A stretch of DNA of 64,000 nucleotides from Candidatus Dormiibacterota bacterium (GCA_035566655.1 DATMQT010000102.1:4188-68187); one strand, 5' to 3'. Shown: positions 9,501 through 17,845, counted from the stretch's first letter. Notes: generated from the letters alone by a model not told the origin. Program-made: numbers and translations.

Positions 9501-9860
9501 GCCGTCCGCATGTTCTTCCAATTGTTCTTGGCAAATTGCACCTTCGCCTTTTTCCGCGCGCAACTTCATTTTGGTGATCAGGCGGCAGAGATTTTGATAG
9601 CCGGCGCGGGAGGAAACGAGGAGAGGAAGACGATATTTTTGTGACGAAGAAAGATTAGCTCTGACTTCCGCGCCGATGTGCGCCTTGATCCCAAGTTTCT
9701 TTGCTGCCAGGTGAAAGCGCGGCGCACCGTAGACCCCGTCGGTATCGAGCAATGCCATGGCGGGCATATTGAGCCGGGCGCAGGCTGTCATCAGATCCTC
9801 AGGCAGGGAAGAACCTTCGAGGAAGCTGAAAGCGGAACGGGTGTGAAGCTCGGTGTACAT
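6573..9860 (-). CDS. dnaE2: error-prone DNA polymerase III alpha-like subunit DnaE2 (ImuC)
   Basis: 1095 aa with N-terminal PHP motif MYTELHTRSAFSFLEGSS. Length and synteny with imuA-imuB fit. Carries two in-frame repeat insertions (see findings). Confidence 0.95.
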   Translation of the reverse strand: MYTELHTRSAFSFLEGSSLPEDLMTACARLNMPAMALLDTDGVYGAPRFHLAAKKLGIKAHIGAEVRANLSSSQKYRLPLLVSSRAGYQNLCRLITKMKLRAEKGEGAICQEQLEEHADGLICLTGGADGPLAAALQHSGIEEARQQVERLVGIFGRGNVYIELQRHFHREEETRNRAAIAIAGSLNLPLLATNGACYAAAKDRELCDAFTAIRHHRTLSTAGRLLTRNSERHLKSSKEMQQLFADLPEAISNTSELSSRLEFTLNDLGYEFPRYPVPEGETMNCFLRERAWEGFRQRYGRAASDMQTRARRQIERELALIGKLKLEGYFLIVWDLVRFCREQNILLQGRGSAANSAVCYSLGITAVDPVSMELLFERFLSEERSEWPDIDLDLPSGDEREKVIQYVYRRYGERGAAMTANVITYRNRMAAREMGKALGLDPETLGKISAAVATWEFRDENDALDRRFRDAGLDLKHPRLRKYYELCLAVQDMPRHLGQHSGGMVICQGQLDSVVPLEPASMPGRVVVQWDKEDCADMGIIKVDLLGLGMMAVLKDSIELIREHYHEEVDLAHLPQDDPAVYSALQQADTVGLFQVESRAQMSCLPRLRPKHFYDIVVQVAIIRPGPIVGQMVNPFLQRRQGREEVTYPHPSLEPVLKRTLGVPLFQEQLLRLAMIAANFTGGEAEDLRRAMGLKRSQARMKEIEAKLRAGMTQNGIPQEAQEKIILSITSFALYGFPESHAASFALIAYASAFLKCHYLAAFTAALLNNQPMGFYSPATITKDAQRHGLKMLPVDVMRSEWNCSLEAVVSGQWPVASKTSTAGGTALRVGLRYVRGLREEAAQALVRERMLAPFSSIHDLTRRVSELRKDELTTLAEIGALNAVASPESRVPRFLSPSHSLGGWNDKSFTRDLGLETRDSKFHRRDALWQVERAVRGSGPLLEQLPEPDSPSPLQPMNHEERLVADFHGTGLTVGPHPMAYRREWLKAMGIRRASELRDLPNGKRLRIGGCVITRQRPGTAKGFVFVSLEDETGVANAIITPDLFHRHRLLLASERFLAIEGILQNQDNVISVKAERVQPLFVTKAETVSHDFH
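7098..7204. repeat. composite insertion inside dnaE2: heptamer arms (cgagtcc x4 / ctcggga x3) around a TGTCATTCC...GGAATC element
   Basis: Left arm 7098-7130, right arm 7180-7204 (its reverse complement), nested dispersed element 7139-7180. Translated in-frame as ...SPESRVPRFLSPSHSLGGWNDKSFTRDLGLETRDSKF... Confidence 0.85.
7408..7439. repeat. tandem heptamer array (ctggcca ctggcca ctgacca ctgacca) inside dnaE2
   Basis: Same CAGTGRY word as the intergenic hairpins at 9861 and 18848. Translated as VSGQWPVAS. Confidence 0.8.
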
Positions 9861-9934
9861 CAGTGATCAGTGGTCAGTGGCCAGGAAAAGCGGAAGATTT
9901 TAACTAGCCACTGATCACTGGCCACTGGCCACTG
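9861..9934. repeat. heptamer-word hairpin (CAGTGRY) filling the imuB-dnaE2 intercistronic gap
   Basis: Left arm 9861-9884 cagtgatcagtggtcagtggccag, loop of 22 nt, right arm 9907-9934. About 19/24 complementary by hand alignment. TTTT follows on the plus strand. Confidence 0.85.
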
Positions 9935-9937
9935 TTT

Positions 9938-11515
9938 TCAGTCATAACTTCCTTCCACATACCAGCCTCCGCCGAGCAGATTGTGCACAAGGCGGTAGAG
10001 CGCGACACTGTCTGCATTTTGCAAAGCGATGTCCCACTCATCGCGCGCCCAGGCCTCCCGTTCCCACCAATCGCCGGAACTGCGCCAGGGGCCTGCCTTC
10101 CAGAGCACACTGCCCTGTACTTCTTTTTTCTTCGTACAGACCACGCGCGCCAGTTCCCCATTTTCCAGAGTCACGGTGACCCGCAGCGGCGGACGGAACA
10201 TGCGCAGGGCTGTGACTGATTGTTCTTCGCCGGAACTTTTTTGCCGATTTACTTTTGAATCTGCCTCAGGCATGAAGCGCCGCATGCGGAAGGCTTCAAC
10301 CCGATGCGTGTCCAGCAACTCCAGCGAGCCCACGCGGGCTTCGCCGACCAGTCCGGCAATGCGCGCCAGCGTGAGTTCCAGTTTTTCAGGTTCCGGCGAC
10401 GGAGGCTGAAACAGCCCGCCCTGAGCCGATCGCGGCCGCGCCGGTTCCGCCGCGAGATGAATTTTCAGGATGGGCGCGCCCGGCGGATGCGCGTTCAAAT
10501 CCAATTGCAACAGCTTAAGAAAAAGTTTGGCATCAAGCATGGGAATAGGCAGACGAAGCGTTCGATGAAACCGCTTTGGCCGGGATTGCTGATCGTTGAT
10601 TGCTGATTGTTGATTGAACGACGAGAAGCTTTCGAGTTCCAGCGTGAGCCGCAACTCCTGCGTGTTCAGAGCACGCGAAGCCAATCGTGCACAAATCTGC
10701 TCGAGCAAACGATTCAGCAGAAAGGCCAACGGCTCCAGCAACACAATGGGATATTCCAACTCGACGGCTTCTTCAAATACCGCCGGCGCTTCCACAGGAA
10801 CCAGCGTGCGGGAAGCCGCGCCCCGCGCCAGTTGCTGCAAGCGCAAGCCTTCCTGTCCCAGACGCTCGCTCAGCGCAACTTCCGGCAGCGCAGCCAGAGC
10901 GCGCAGATTGCGAATGCCCCAGCGCTCGAGAGTTGCCAGCAGGCGCGCTGATTCTTTCTGCTCATCATTGTCCTCACTTGTCCCGGTAAACAAAACTTCT
11001 ACCGGCAACGATCCCAGAGACTCGCCTTCTTCCCCCGGCGGAATCACGGTCACACCTGAAATGCCGTGGGCGGCGAGCGCGGCGGCATCGGGATACGAAG
11101 CAACGGCAACGTTCACATCAAGTCCAAGGTCTGCGGCACGGCGGAAAATGTCACAAGCAATTTCCGGCAGCGCACCAAAAAGAGATTCCATACCGGTCAG
11201 GTCAAGAATTGCCGTGTCGGCTGCGGCATCTTCCACGCACGGCGAGAAGGACTGCGCACAATCCAGAAGGGCGGCGTGTGCCGCGGATTCCTGTAGCAAA
11301 GAACGCGGACGCAGCGTCAATTCCGAACACAGTTCCGCCTGGGCTTTCGTCATACCGGGTGCGATGCCCACGCGGCCTGCGCTCTCATTCACGGCAAAAA
11401 CTTTTTCCAGCGGAGGCTTGCCTTCGAAAATGGCCACGGCCCGCGCGCGCAACTCCGGCTCGACGCGAAAAACCGCGGCCACGGGAAAATTCGGCACGAA
11501 GATGCAGGCAAACAT
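9938..11515 (-). CDS. imuB: ImuB, Y-family polymerase-like protein of the imuA-imuB-dnaE2 cassette
   Basis: N-terminus MFACIFVPNFPVAAVFRVEPELR... is typical of ImuB. Position between imuA and dnaE2. Start taken at ATG 11515. Confidence 0.9.
   Translation of the reverse strand: MFACIFVPNFPVAAVFRVEPELRARAVAIFEGKPPLEKVFAVNESAGRVGIAPGMTKAQAELCSELTLRPRSLLQESAAHAALLDCAQSFSPCVEDAAADTAILDLTGMESLFGALPEIACDIFRRAADLGLDVNVAVASYPDAAALAAHGISGVTVIPPGEEGESLGSLPVEVLFTGTSEDNDEQKESARLLATLERWGIRNLRALAALPEVALSERLGQEGLRLQQLARGAASRTLVPVEAPAVFEEAVELEYPIVLLEPLAFLLNRLLEQICARLASRALNTQELRLTLELESFSSFNQQSAINDQQSRPKRFHRTLRLPIPMLDAKLFLKLLQLDLNAHPPGAPILKIHLAAEPARPRSAQGGLFQPPSPEPEKLELTLARIAGLVGEARVGSLELLDTHRVEAFRMRRFMPEADSKVNRQKSSGEEQSVTALRMFRPPLRVTVTLENGELARVVCTKKKEVQGSVLWKAGPWRSSGDWWEREAWARDEWDIALQNADSVALYRLVHNLLGGGWYVEGSYD
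10584..10618. repeat. tandem heptamer array (gattgct gatcgtt gattgct gattgtt gattgaa) inside imuB
   Basis: Read directly. Translated as NQQSAINDQQS. Confidence 0.75.
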
Positions 11516-11537
11516 GAAGCAGTACCCAATAGAGCCG

Positions 11538-11622
11538 GGTTTCAAAGTTTCAAGGTTTCAAGGTTTCAAAAAATAATTTGCTCAACTTTGAAACCTTGAG
11601 ACATTGAAACTTTGAAACCTTG
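11538..11622. repeat. octamer-word hairpin (GTTTCAAR) at the imuA-imuB junction
   Basis: Left arm 11538-11570, right arm 11586-11622 (its reverse complement). The right arm forms the last codons of imuA (KTRFQSFNVSRFQS). TTTTTT follows on the plus strand. Confidence 0.85.
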
Positions 11623-12448
11623 TTTTTTCAGCGGAGCGAACCGGCTTGCGCTCCAGCCGGGAGCGCACCAACTCCGCCGTGATTTCCATTTCGGTTAGCA
11701 ATTGCGCGTGTGTGGGCGGCGCCGGGAATTGAGAGTTCGTGGATTCTTTTATCCACTTTCCTTGCGGCCCCAGCTTGATTAATAAGGAAGAGCAACTCCC
11801 CGCGATGGACTGCCGCTCAATCGCGAGCAGCACGGTGGGCGTATGCTCCACCGCGCGGCGGAAACGAAACCACATAGTCAACGGGATATGGCGCGCCGTC
11901 TGCGGCGGCAGATCGCCGAGATCGAGGGCGATCAATCCAAAGCCTCCGCTTTCGAGCAGCAGGTCCGCCGCGCGCAGTAGTTGTTCCAAGCACTTCTGCG
12001 GAGAACTTTCTCCGCAGCGCACCCACAGCAACCGCTCCAACTCGACCCCTGCGGCTGTGGCGGACTGCGGATCGAGAGTATCGCTGGCGTCCACCACCAC
12101 GCAGCATTCTCCGCGTCGTGTGGCCGCGGCCAGCGCGGCCAGCAGCAACGTGGTGCGCCCGGAAGAGGCCGGACCGCAAATTTCTGTCAGGCAGCCGCGC
12201 GGCAGGCCTCCAGTAAGCGCATCCATCTCGGCAATGCCGCTGGAGACCATTTCTGGCGCAGGCCGAACCGCCAACCGCGAAGCTGGGGTAACGCCTGCCA
12301 GTCTCGCATCTTTGAATGTCCCAGGAATGAACACCCCTGTAGAAATGGCAGGGACAACTCGTTGCGGCGGCCGCCCCTCGGCCACATCTTCATCAAAAGC
12401 AAAAGGGCGGCCCTGGGCCGCCGAAGTGGAAACCACTGCGGAAGACAT
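11582..12448 (-). CDS. imuA: ImuA, RecA/SulA-like protein of the mutagenesis cassette
   Basis: Start at ATG 12448 (MSSAVVS...). Degenerate P-loop region GGLPRGCLTEICGPASSGRTTLLLAALA. The upstream 153 codons of the track ORF are Arg/Trp-rich, overlap the end of the peptidase gene, and are rejected. Confidence 0.85.
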   Translation of the reverse strand: MSSAVVSTSAAQGRPFAFDEDVAEGRPPQRVVPAISTGVFIPGTFKDARLAGVTPASRLAVRPAPEMVSSGIAEMDALTGGLPRGCLTEICGPASSGRTTLLLAALAAATRRGECCVVVDASDTLDPQSATAAGVELERLLWVRCGESSPQKCLEQLLRAADLLLESGGFGLIALDLGDLPPQTARHIPLTMWFRFRRAVEHTPTVLLAIERQSIAGSCSSLLIKLGPQGKWIKESTNSQFPAPPTHAQLLTEMEITAELVRSRLERKPVRSAEKTRFQSFNVSRFQS

Positions 12449-12527
12449 AGATTCCTCGGAAAATTTCAGGGAACACCGGCGGTTGGAAGCCACCGGAGGC
12501 AATTTCGCTTTTTCTTCGCCTTTTAGA

Positions 12528-12556
12528 ATTGTGCGCCCGGCGGCTGAGATTGTCAA
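12528..12556 (-). promoter_or_regulatory. candidate sigma-70 promoter for imuA (TTGACA-17 nt-CACAAT)
   Basis: On the minus strand, TTGACA (12556-12551) and CACAAT (12533-12528), about 80 nt upstream of the imuA ATG. Pattern match only. Confidence 0.3.
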
Positions 12557-12568
12557 GCCAAGAAGGGA

Positions 12569-12592
12569 GGGCCAGCCCAAAAAGGCTGGCCC
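12569..12592 (-). terminator. hairpin downstream of the M13 peptidase gene
   Basis: gggccagcc / ggctggccc stem with a 6-nt loop, 38 nt after the stop codon. The minus-strand sense is followed by a pyrimidine-rich tract, not a clean U-run. Confidence 0.45.
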
Positions 12593-12629
12593 ATTAAGCG
12601 AGATCCTTGGTAAGCACGATCGTCTTCGC

Positions 12630-14759
12630 TCACCACACTCTGCAAGCGTTCGCCCGGACCATCTTCTGACCAGCCTTGCAGCCAAAAGCCTGGGCAAACT
12701 CCGGCATGTTTGAAACCACGTTGTCGATGCGGAAGATGGGCAGCGAGTGCGGGTTGGTAGTGACCACCATGCGCGCCACCTCCGGACGCACGGCCGAGCA
12801 CCACGAGTAAGCATAAGAAAGGAAAAAGCGCTGGCGATAAGTCCAGCCGTCCGGACCTTTGTCCTCGAGCGATTTCCCCTGCTTCTTAAGATCGGCCTCC
12901 AACGCATTCAGCGCGAGATGGAGACCGCCGTTGTCGGCCGTATCCTCACCCTGAGTGAGCAATCCATTCTGTTTGACCCCGGGCCCGGCGTCGGGAACGT
13001 CCTGCGTGTACTCGTCAGAGATGCACTTGCCGCGTTCGTCGTATTGCTTCGCGTCGTCGGCCGTCCACCAGTCGCGCAGGTTGCCGTGAGCATCGAACTT
13101 GCGCCCCTGATCGTCGAAGCCGTGCGTGAGTTCGTGACCAATGACCATGCCGATGGCGCCGTAATTCACAGAGTCATCCATGCCCTTCTCGAAGAACGGC
13201 GGCTGCAGAATGCCAGCAGGAAAATTGATGGTGTTCAGTTGCGGATCGTAGTAAGCATTGATGGTCGGCGGCGTCATGGTCCACTCGCCGCGATCCACCG
13301 GCTTGCCAATCTTGGCAATCCAGCGTTCGAACTCGAACGACGAGGCCTGCCCCTCATTGGCGAGATAACTTTCGCGTGTGATGTTTACGGTGGAATAATC
13401 GCGCCAATGCGCAGGATAGCCGATCTTGTCTTCGATTCCCTTCAGCTTGACGATGGCTTGTGCCTTGGTGGCAGGCGTCATCCAACTGACGCTGTTAATG
13501 TCATTCTGCATCGCCTGCTCGATGGCATGCACCATTTCGATGGTGCGCGCGCGGCTCTCCGGTGGAAAAGCGCGGTCCACGTAAGCCTGGCCGAGCGCCT
13601 CGCCCAGGTCGCGGTCGGCCGCCCGAGTGCAGCGCCGCCAGCGCGGAAGCTGCTCCTCCTGCCCGGCCAGCGTGTGCGCGAAGAAATCGAAATTCTCGTC
13701 GACCATCGCTTTCGTCAAGAAGGGCGCGGCCCGGTGAATCGCCTGCCAGCGCATGTAAGTCTTCCAATGCTCCAGCGGATGTTCCACCAGCAATTTATCT
13801 TCGGCGCGGAAGAACTCCGGCGCACTGACGATGTAATGTTCGCTGGCCGGGGCCTTCACCGCCTTCAGATAAACGTCCCAGTCGATGGAGGGCGTAAGCG
13901 CGCGAATCTGCGCCAGGCTCATCTTGTTGTTGATGTTCTTTGGATCGCGGCGCTTGACGTTATCCATCTGTGGTTTGGCCAGCGCAGTTTCCAGTTCAAT
14001 TACGATGCCCGCGTCGGCAGCCGCTTGCGCATCCGTCTCCCCGGCCAGCACAAACATCTTCTGCACGTGCGCGCGAAATTTCTTGAGAGTCTCCACGGAC
14101 TTTTCATCAGTTTTGATGTAGTAGTCGCGATTGGGCAGGCTCAGTCCGCCCTGATCGATCTGTGCCACCACTTTGGAAGCGTCGTCATAATCTTGCCCGC
14201 CAGCAAAACCGAAAAACGGGGCGTTCGTCTGATTGTCGTTCCCCTCCCATGCGCCGGGAAACATGTGATGGAGATGGGCGATCTCGAGCGTGATCTCTTT
14301 CTTGGATTTGAGCGCGGCGATGCGGTCTAGTTCCGGCTGTAGAGGCTTCAGTCCGGCGGCTTCGATGCCGCCTTCGTCCATGCAGGCCGCCCAGTAGTCG
14401 CCGATCTTCTGCTGCACCGCGCTGCGTTTCGGGTCGTTCTTGCTGCTCGCTTCCAGAGTCTCCCGCAGCGCGTTTTCGTTCCACAGTTCGAGGCCACTTC
14501 CCGTGCTCCAGAAGACCTGGTCGGCTGGAATCGGATTCGCCTTGAGCCACTTGTTGCAGGAGTATTTGTAGAAGTCATCGCAAGGGCTCAGCGCCGGGTC
14601 GACAAGGTTGGGATCAAAATGTTCGAGCTGGGGAGCTTTGGTTTCCCCGGCGGCTCCGGCAGTTGCAGCTGAAGAGGAATTGAAGTTTGCATTTTGCCCG
14701 AACACCGCCACGGGCAAAGTCAGAAACAGAAAACACAGGATGACTCTGGAATTAAACAT
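12630..14759 (-). CDS. M13 family metallopeptidase (PepO / endothelin-converting-enzyme-like), secreted
   Basis: HELTHGFD zinc motif, GEDTADNGG (ExxxD) motif, C-terminal CRVW. Start taken at ATG 14759 (MFNSRVILCFLFLTLPVAVFG signal). Confidence 0.9.
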   Translation of the reverse strand: MFNSRVILCFLFLTLPVAVFGQNANFNSSSAATAGAAGETKAPQLEHFDPNLVDPALSPCDDFYKYSCNKWLKANPIPADQVFWSTGSGLELWNENALRETLEASSKNDPKRSAVQQKIGDYWAACMDEGGIEAAGLKPLQPELDRIAALKSKKEITLEIAHLHHMFPGAWEGNDNQTNAPFFGFAGGQDYDDASKVVAQIDQGGLSLPNRDYYIKTDEKSVETLKKFRAHVQKMFVLAGETDAQAAADAGIVIELETALAKPQMDNVKRRDPKNINNKMSLAQIRALTPSIDWDVYLKAVKAPASEHYIVSAPEFFRAEDKLLVEHPLEHWKTYMRWQAIHRAAPFLTKAMVDENFDFFAHTLAGQEEQLPRWRRCTRAADRDLGEALGQAYVDRAFPPESRARTIEMVHAIEQAMQNDINSVSWMTPATKAQAIVKLKGIEDKIGYPAHWRDYSTVNITRESYLANEGQASSFEFERWIAKIGKPVDRGEWTMTPPTINAYYDPQLNTINFPAGILQPPFFEKGMDDSVNYGAIGMVIGHELTHGFDDQGRKFDAHGNLRDWWTADDAKQYDERGKCISDEYTQDVPDAGPGVKQNGLLTQGEDTADNGGLHLALNALEADLKKQGKSLEDKGPDGWTYRQRFFLSYAYSWCSAVRPEVARMVVTTNPHSLPIFRIDNVVSNMPEFAQAFGCKAGQKMVRANACRVW

Positions 14760-14953
14760 TTGGCCTCGTTTCCCGGAAGTAGATAAAGTTAGAGCAATGG
14801 CTTTTTGCAGGTACGCCACAAGCTAAAGGTACGCACATAAGAAGACGCAGGTTCCGCATAGCGCAGGGACGAAACGGCACACTCCAGCCTTTTCCGTAGA
14901 ACAACATACTATAGACGACCCGCAGCCCGCACGGTTAGCGGAGCGACTCACGC

Positions 14954-17845
14954 CTAGCCCGTGTTATGCAATCCTGCCGCAATACCGTTGATGGTCGCGC
15001 CCAGCGGATACTCGAGTTTCGCCAAGTCCTCCCCGCGCTGTTTGCGCCGCAAAAGCTCGACCTGGATCAAGCTCATCGGATCCACATAGGGATTGCGGAG
15101 GTGAATGGAGCGCGCCAGCACCCGGTTGCGGGCCAGCAGCTCGCGTTGACCAGAGATGCGCAAAATCATTTGCCGCGACCGCAGAAACTCCTCTTCAAGC
15201 ATAGTGAAGACGCGCGTGCGCAACCCCGCATTCTTTACCAGCCCCGAATAAACCCGAGCAATGTGAAAGTCAGCCTTGGCCATGCCGAGCTCGACGTTGC
15301 GCACCAGGTCTGAGAAGAGGGCGAATTGTTTTAACATCTGGCGCAACAACTGCTCGTGCGCCCTTCCCTTCCCTGCAAAACTATGTAGACCCTGGCCCAC
15401 TCCGTACCAGGCAGGCACGGCATGGCGGCTCTGCATCCACCCGAACACCCACGGGATGGCGCGCAGATCCTCCAGACGGCGGCCTTTGGTCCGGCGCGAT
15501 GGCCGCGAGCCGATGCGCGCGGCATCCAATTCAAGAATCGGCGTAGCCTGCTCAAAGTATTCCAGCACTTCGGCATTCTCGGCGATGTCGCGGCGGTACA
15601 CGCGGTAAGCCTCCGCCGACATTTCCTCCATGGCCTCTTCCCATCGTGCCTGATCCTTTACCTTTGCCTGCCGAATGGTCGATCGAGTAAGCGCTTCCAA
15701 ACTGGCGGCAATCATCAGTTCCAGGTTCCACTCCGCCAGCACGGCATCCGCATATTTCCAGTTGAGGACTTCCCCTTGTTCAGTGATGCGGATTCGTCCA
15801 GAAAAGCATCCCTCAGGCTGTGCGAGGATTGCCGCATGCGTAGGCCCGCCGCCGCGCCCCACGGTCCCGCCGCGCCCATGAAACAGTCGCAGCCTCACTC
15901 CACATTCTTGCGCTGCTCCATTCAGTTCCCGGTGCGCCTTGTACAGCTCCCAAGTGCTGGTCAGCATTCCTCCATCCTTATTGGAGTCGGAGTAGCCCAG
16001 CATCACCTCTTGCCAGCGTCCCCAGGAATCGAGCAGCGGCTGGTACTCCGGATGCCGCCACAGACGCCGCATCGCGCCGCCCGCCGCGCGCAAAGAATCG
16101 ATGGACTCAAACAGCGGCACCGGCATCAGGCCCGGGTCTACTAATGATGCGCTATCGCCAGCGCCATCCAGACCGACTCCACACGACTTCGCCAGCCGGA
16201 CCACGTTCAGCACATCTTCCTCAGACTCCGCACCACTGATGATGTACTGACGGATCGACTGCGCCGGATAAGTGCGCTTGAGTTCCTGGACCGTGCGGAA
16301 TGTCTCGACTAACTCCTGCGTCTGAGCAGAAACAGTTTCGCTAGTGTGAGGCAAAGCAGCCCCTACAGCCAGCTCCGGGCCGGTTTTTCTTAATTCGTCC
16401 TTTCTCAGCTTGGTCTTTCTTAGGTCCGCGTCTCTTAGTCCGATCTTGTTCAGGTCGATCTTCTTTGTACCGATTTCTTGCAGAACTGCCGCATGCACGC
16501 GGGCATGCTGGCGGACATCAAGAACCTGGAGGTGGAAACCAAAAGTTCGGAGTTGCAACAACAAGGGATCGACAAAAGCCTCCGCCAGCCGTTGCCCGCG
16601 ATTCGCCATCAGGCTTGACCGCAGCAGAACCAGATCGGATTCAAATTCCGCCGCGTCCACATACGAATCCTGGACCTTCACGCCCTCCCGGCTGCGCTGC
16701 AAGCGGTGAAGCACATAAGAAAGCAGGCGCCGGTAAGGCTCCACTGTGTTGTCCGGCCCCCAGAGCATGGCGGCTTCGGGCATCGAGCCCCTGTATTGCG
16801 CCAGGCGTGAAACAATTTCCGCCGAAGCGTTTACCTGAAGCAAGGACGAACTCAGGCAATCGCTCAGGTACTCGACTCCGCGAACGTATTCGCGAAGAAT
16901 CACCGTCCGCGCCAGTTCCAGCGCATCCTTCACACACTCCGGCTTGACCAGCGGGTTGCCATCGCGATCGCCACCAATCCAGGACCCGAAGCTCAGCAGG
17001 TTCGGCAAATCGACCACGTTGAGAACGGTGCCGTAAACTGCCTCCACCACTTCCGCCACTTCGTCGTAAATACGCGGCAGCGTTTCAAACAGCGAAAGAC
17101 GAAAGTAGCGCAGTCCCATGCGGATCTCGTCGTTCACCGTGGGCTTGGTCTGCCGCACTTCGTCGGTCTGCCAGAGCGACGCAATCTCAGCATGGATGAC
17201 TTGTTCGCATCGCAGGGCCTCACCCACGGGAAGAGGAAGCCGATCCAGCCGCGCCAATTGCTCAGCGATGCGGCGGCGTTTCAGCAAAACCGTCTGCCGT
17301 GCCACTTCCGTGGGATGGGCGGTGAACACTGGGGTCACCGCGATCTGGCGAAGGGCCGCCAGAGCCCCGTCGGCGGAGATCCCCGCTTCCTTCATGCGCA
17401 GCAGCGTCCCGTGAAAAGATCCGGGTAGGGGCGCGCGTTGCCGGTTCAACTCTCCGGCACGGCGTCGGCGCTTGCGATGGTTGGTCTCCGCCAGATTCGT
17501 CAGTTCGAAATAGATGGCAAACGCTTTCGTGACCTGGTAAGCGCGTGCCAGATCCATTTTCGAAATCATCGCCTGAGCCTTGGCCATGAGTTCCCCGCGA
17601 GCGCCGGCCGCAGGACTATACCAGACCCGCTCGCGATGCCGGATCATCAGTCGCCGCAACTCTTCGACGGTATCGAATAACTCCTGGCCCACTTGCTCCA
17701 CCAGCACCCGCCCCAGCAGGGCGCCCAGCGAGCGCACGTCCCGCCGCAGGGGTTGATCCTTGGCGGAGTCGTCCGATTGCGCCGTAAGCTCGGACAAACG
17801 GGCCTTTTGATCGTCCGCTTTCCACAATGGTTTGGATCGAGTCAT
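14954..17845 (-). CDS. ppc: phosphoenolpyruvate carboxylase
   Basis: 963 aa. Motifs VFTAHPTE, GYSDSNKDGG, FHGRGGTVGRGGGP, and C-terminal INGIAAGLHNTG. Confidence 0.95.
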   Translation of the reverse strand: MTRSKPLWKADDQKARLSELTAQSDDSAKDQPLRRDVRSLGALLGRVLVEQVGQELFDTVEELRRLMIRHRERVWYSPAAGARGELMAKAQAMISKMDLARAYQVTKAFAIYFELTNLAETNHRKRRRRAGELNRQRAPLPGSFHGTLLRMKEAGISADGALAALRQIAVTPVFTAHPTEVARQTVLLKRRRIAEQLARLDRLPLPVGEALRCEQVIHAEIASLWQTDEVRQTKPTVNDEIRMGLRYFRLSLFETLPRIYDEVAEVVEAVYGTVLNVVDLPNLLSFGSWIGGDRDGNPLVKPECVKDALELARTVILREYVRGVEYLSDCLSSSLLQVNASAEIVSRLAQYRGSMPEAAMLWGPDNTVEPYRRLLSYVLHRLQRSREGVKVQDSYVDAAEFESDLVLLRSSLMANRGQRLAEAFVDPLLLQLRTFGFHLQVLDVRQHARVHAAVLQEIGTKKIDLNKIGLRDADLRKTKLRKDELRKTGPELAVGAALPHTSETVSAQTQELVETFRTVQELKRTYPAQSIRQYIISGAESEEDVLNVVRLAKSCGVGLDGAGDSASLVDPGLMPVPLFESIDSLRAAGGAMRRLWRHPEYQPLLDSWGRWQEVMLGYSDSNKDGGMLTSTWELYKAHRELNGAAQECGVRLRLFHGRGGTVGRGGGPTHAAILAQPEGCFSGRIRITEQGEVLNWKYADAVLAEWNLELMIAASLEALTRSTIRQAKVKDQARWEEAMEEMSAEAYRVYRRDIAENAEVLEYFEQATPILELDAARIGSRPSRRTKGRRLEDLRAIPWVFGWMQSRHAVPAWYGVGQGLHSFAGKGRAHEQLLRQMLKQFALFSDLVRNVELGMAKADFHIARVYSGLVKNAGLRTRVFTMLEEEFLRSRQMILRISGQRELLARNRVLARSIHLRNPYVDPMSLIQVELLRRKQRGEDLAKLEYPLGATINGIAAGLHNTG
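16386..16475. repeat. 6 x 15-nt in-frame tandem repeat inside ppc
   Basis: Units tttcttaattcgtcc / tttctcagcttggtc / tttcttaggtccgcg / tctcttagtccgatc / ttgttcaggtcgatc / ttctttgtaccgatt. Encoded peptide KKIDLNKIGLRDADLRKTKLRKDELRKTG. Confidence 0.85.

Noticed and set aside
9861-9934. CRISPR array as an explanation for the repeated short words
   Set aside because: The units are 7-8 nt and directly adjacent, with no spacers. The arrays are under 40 nt per arm and are paired as inverted repeats. No cas genes are in the window.
12471-12486. gaacaccggcggttgg as a Gram-positive-type LexA box upstream of imuA
   Set aside because: Poor match to GAAC-N4-GTTC: the spacing is wrong and the second half-site is degenerate.
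12747-14330. Long antisense ORFs opposite real genes: 12747-14330, 34034-35611, 10614-11576, 28493-29389, 23897-24913, 44254-45387, 43682-44329, 39045-39791, 41361-41987, 57146-57721
   Set aside because: They are Arg/His/Gly-rich with no recognisable motifs, and each lies opposite a CDS with clear family signatures. They are typical shadow ORFs of high-GC DNA.
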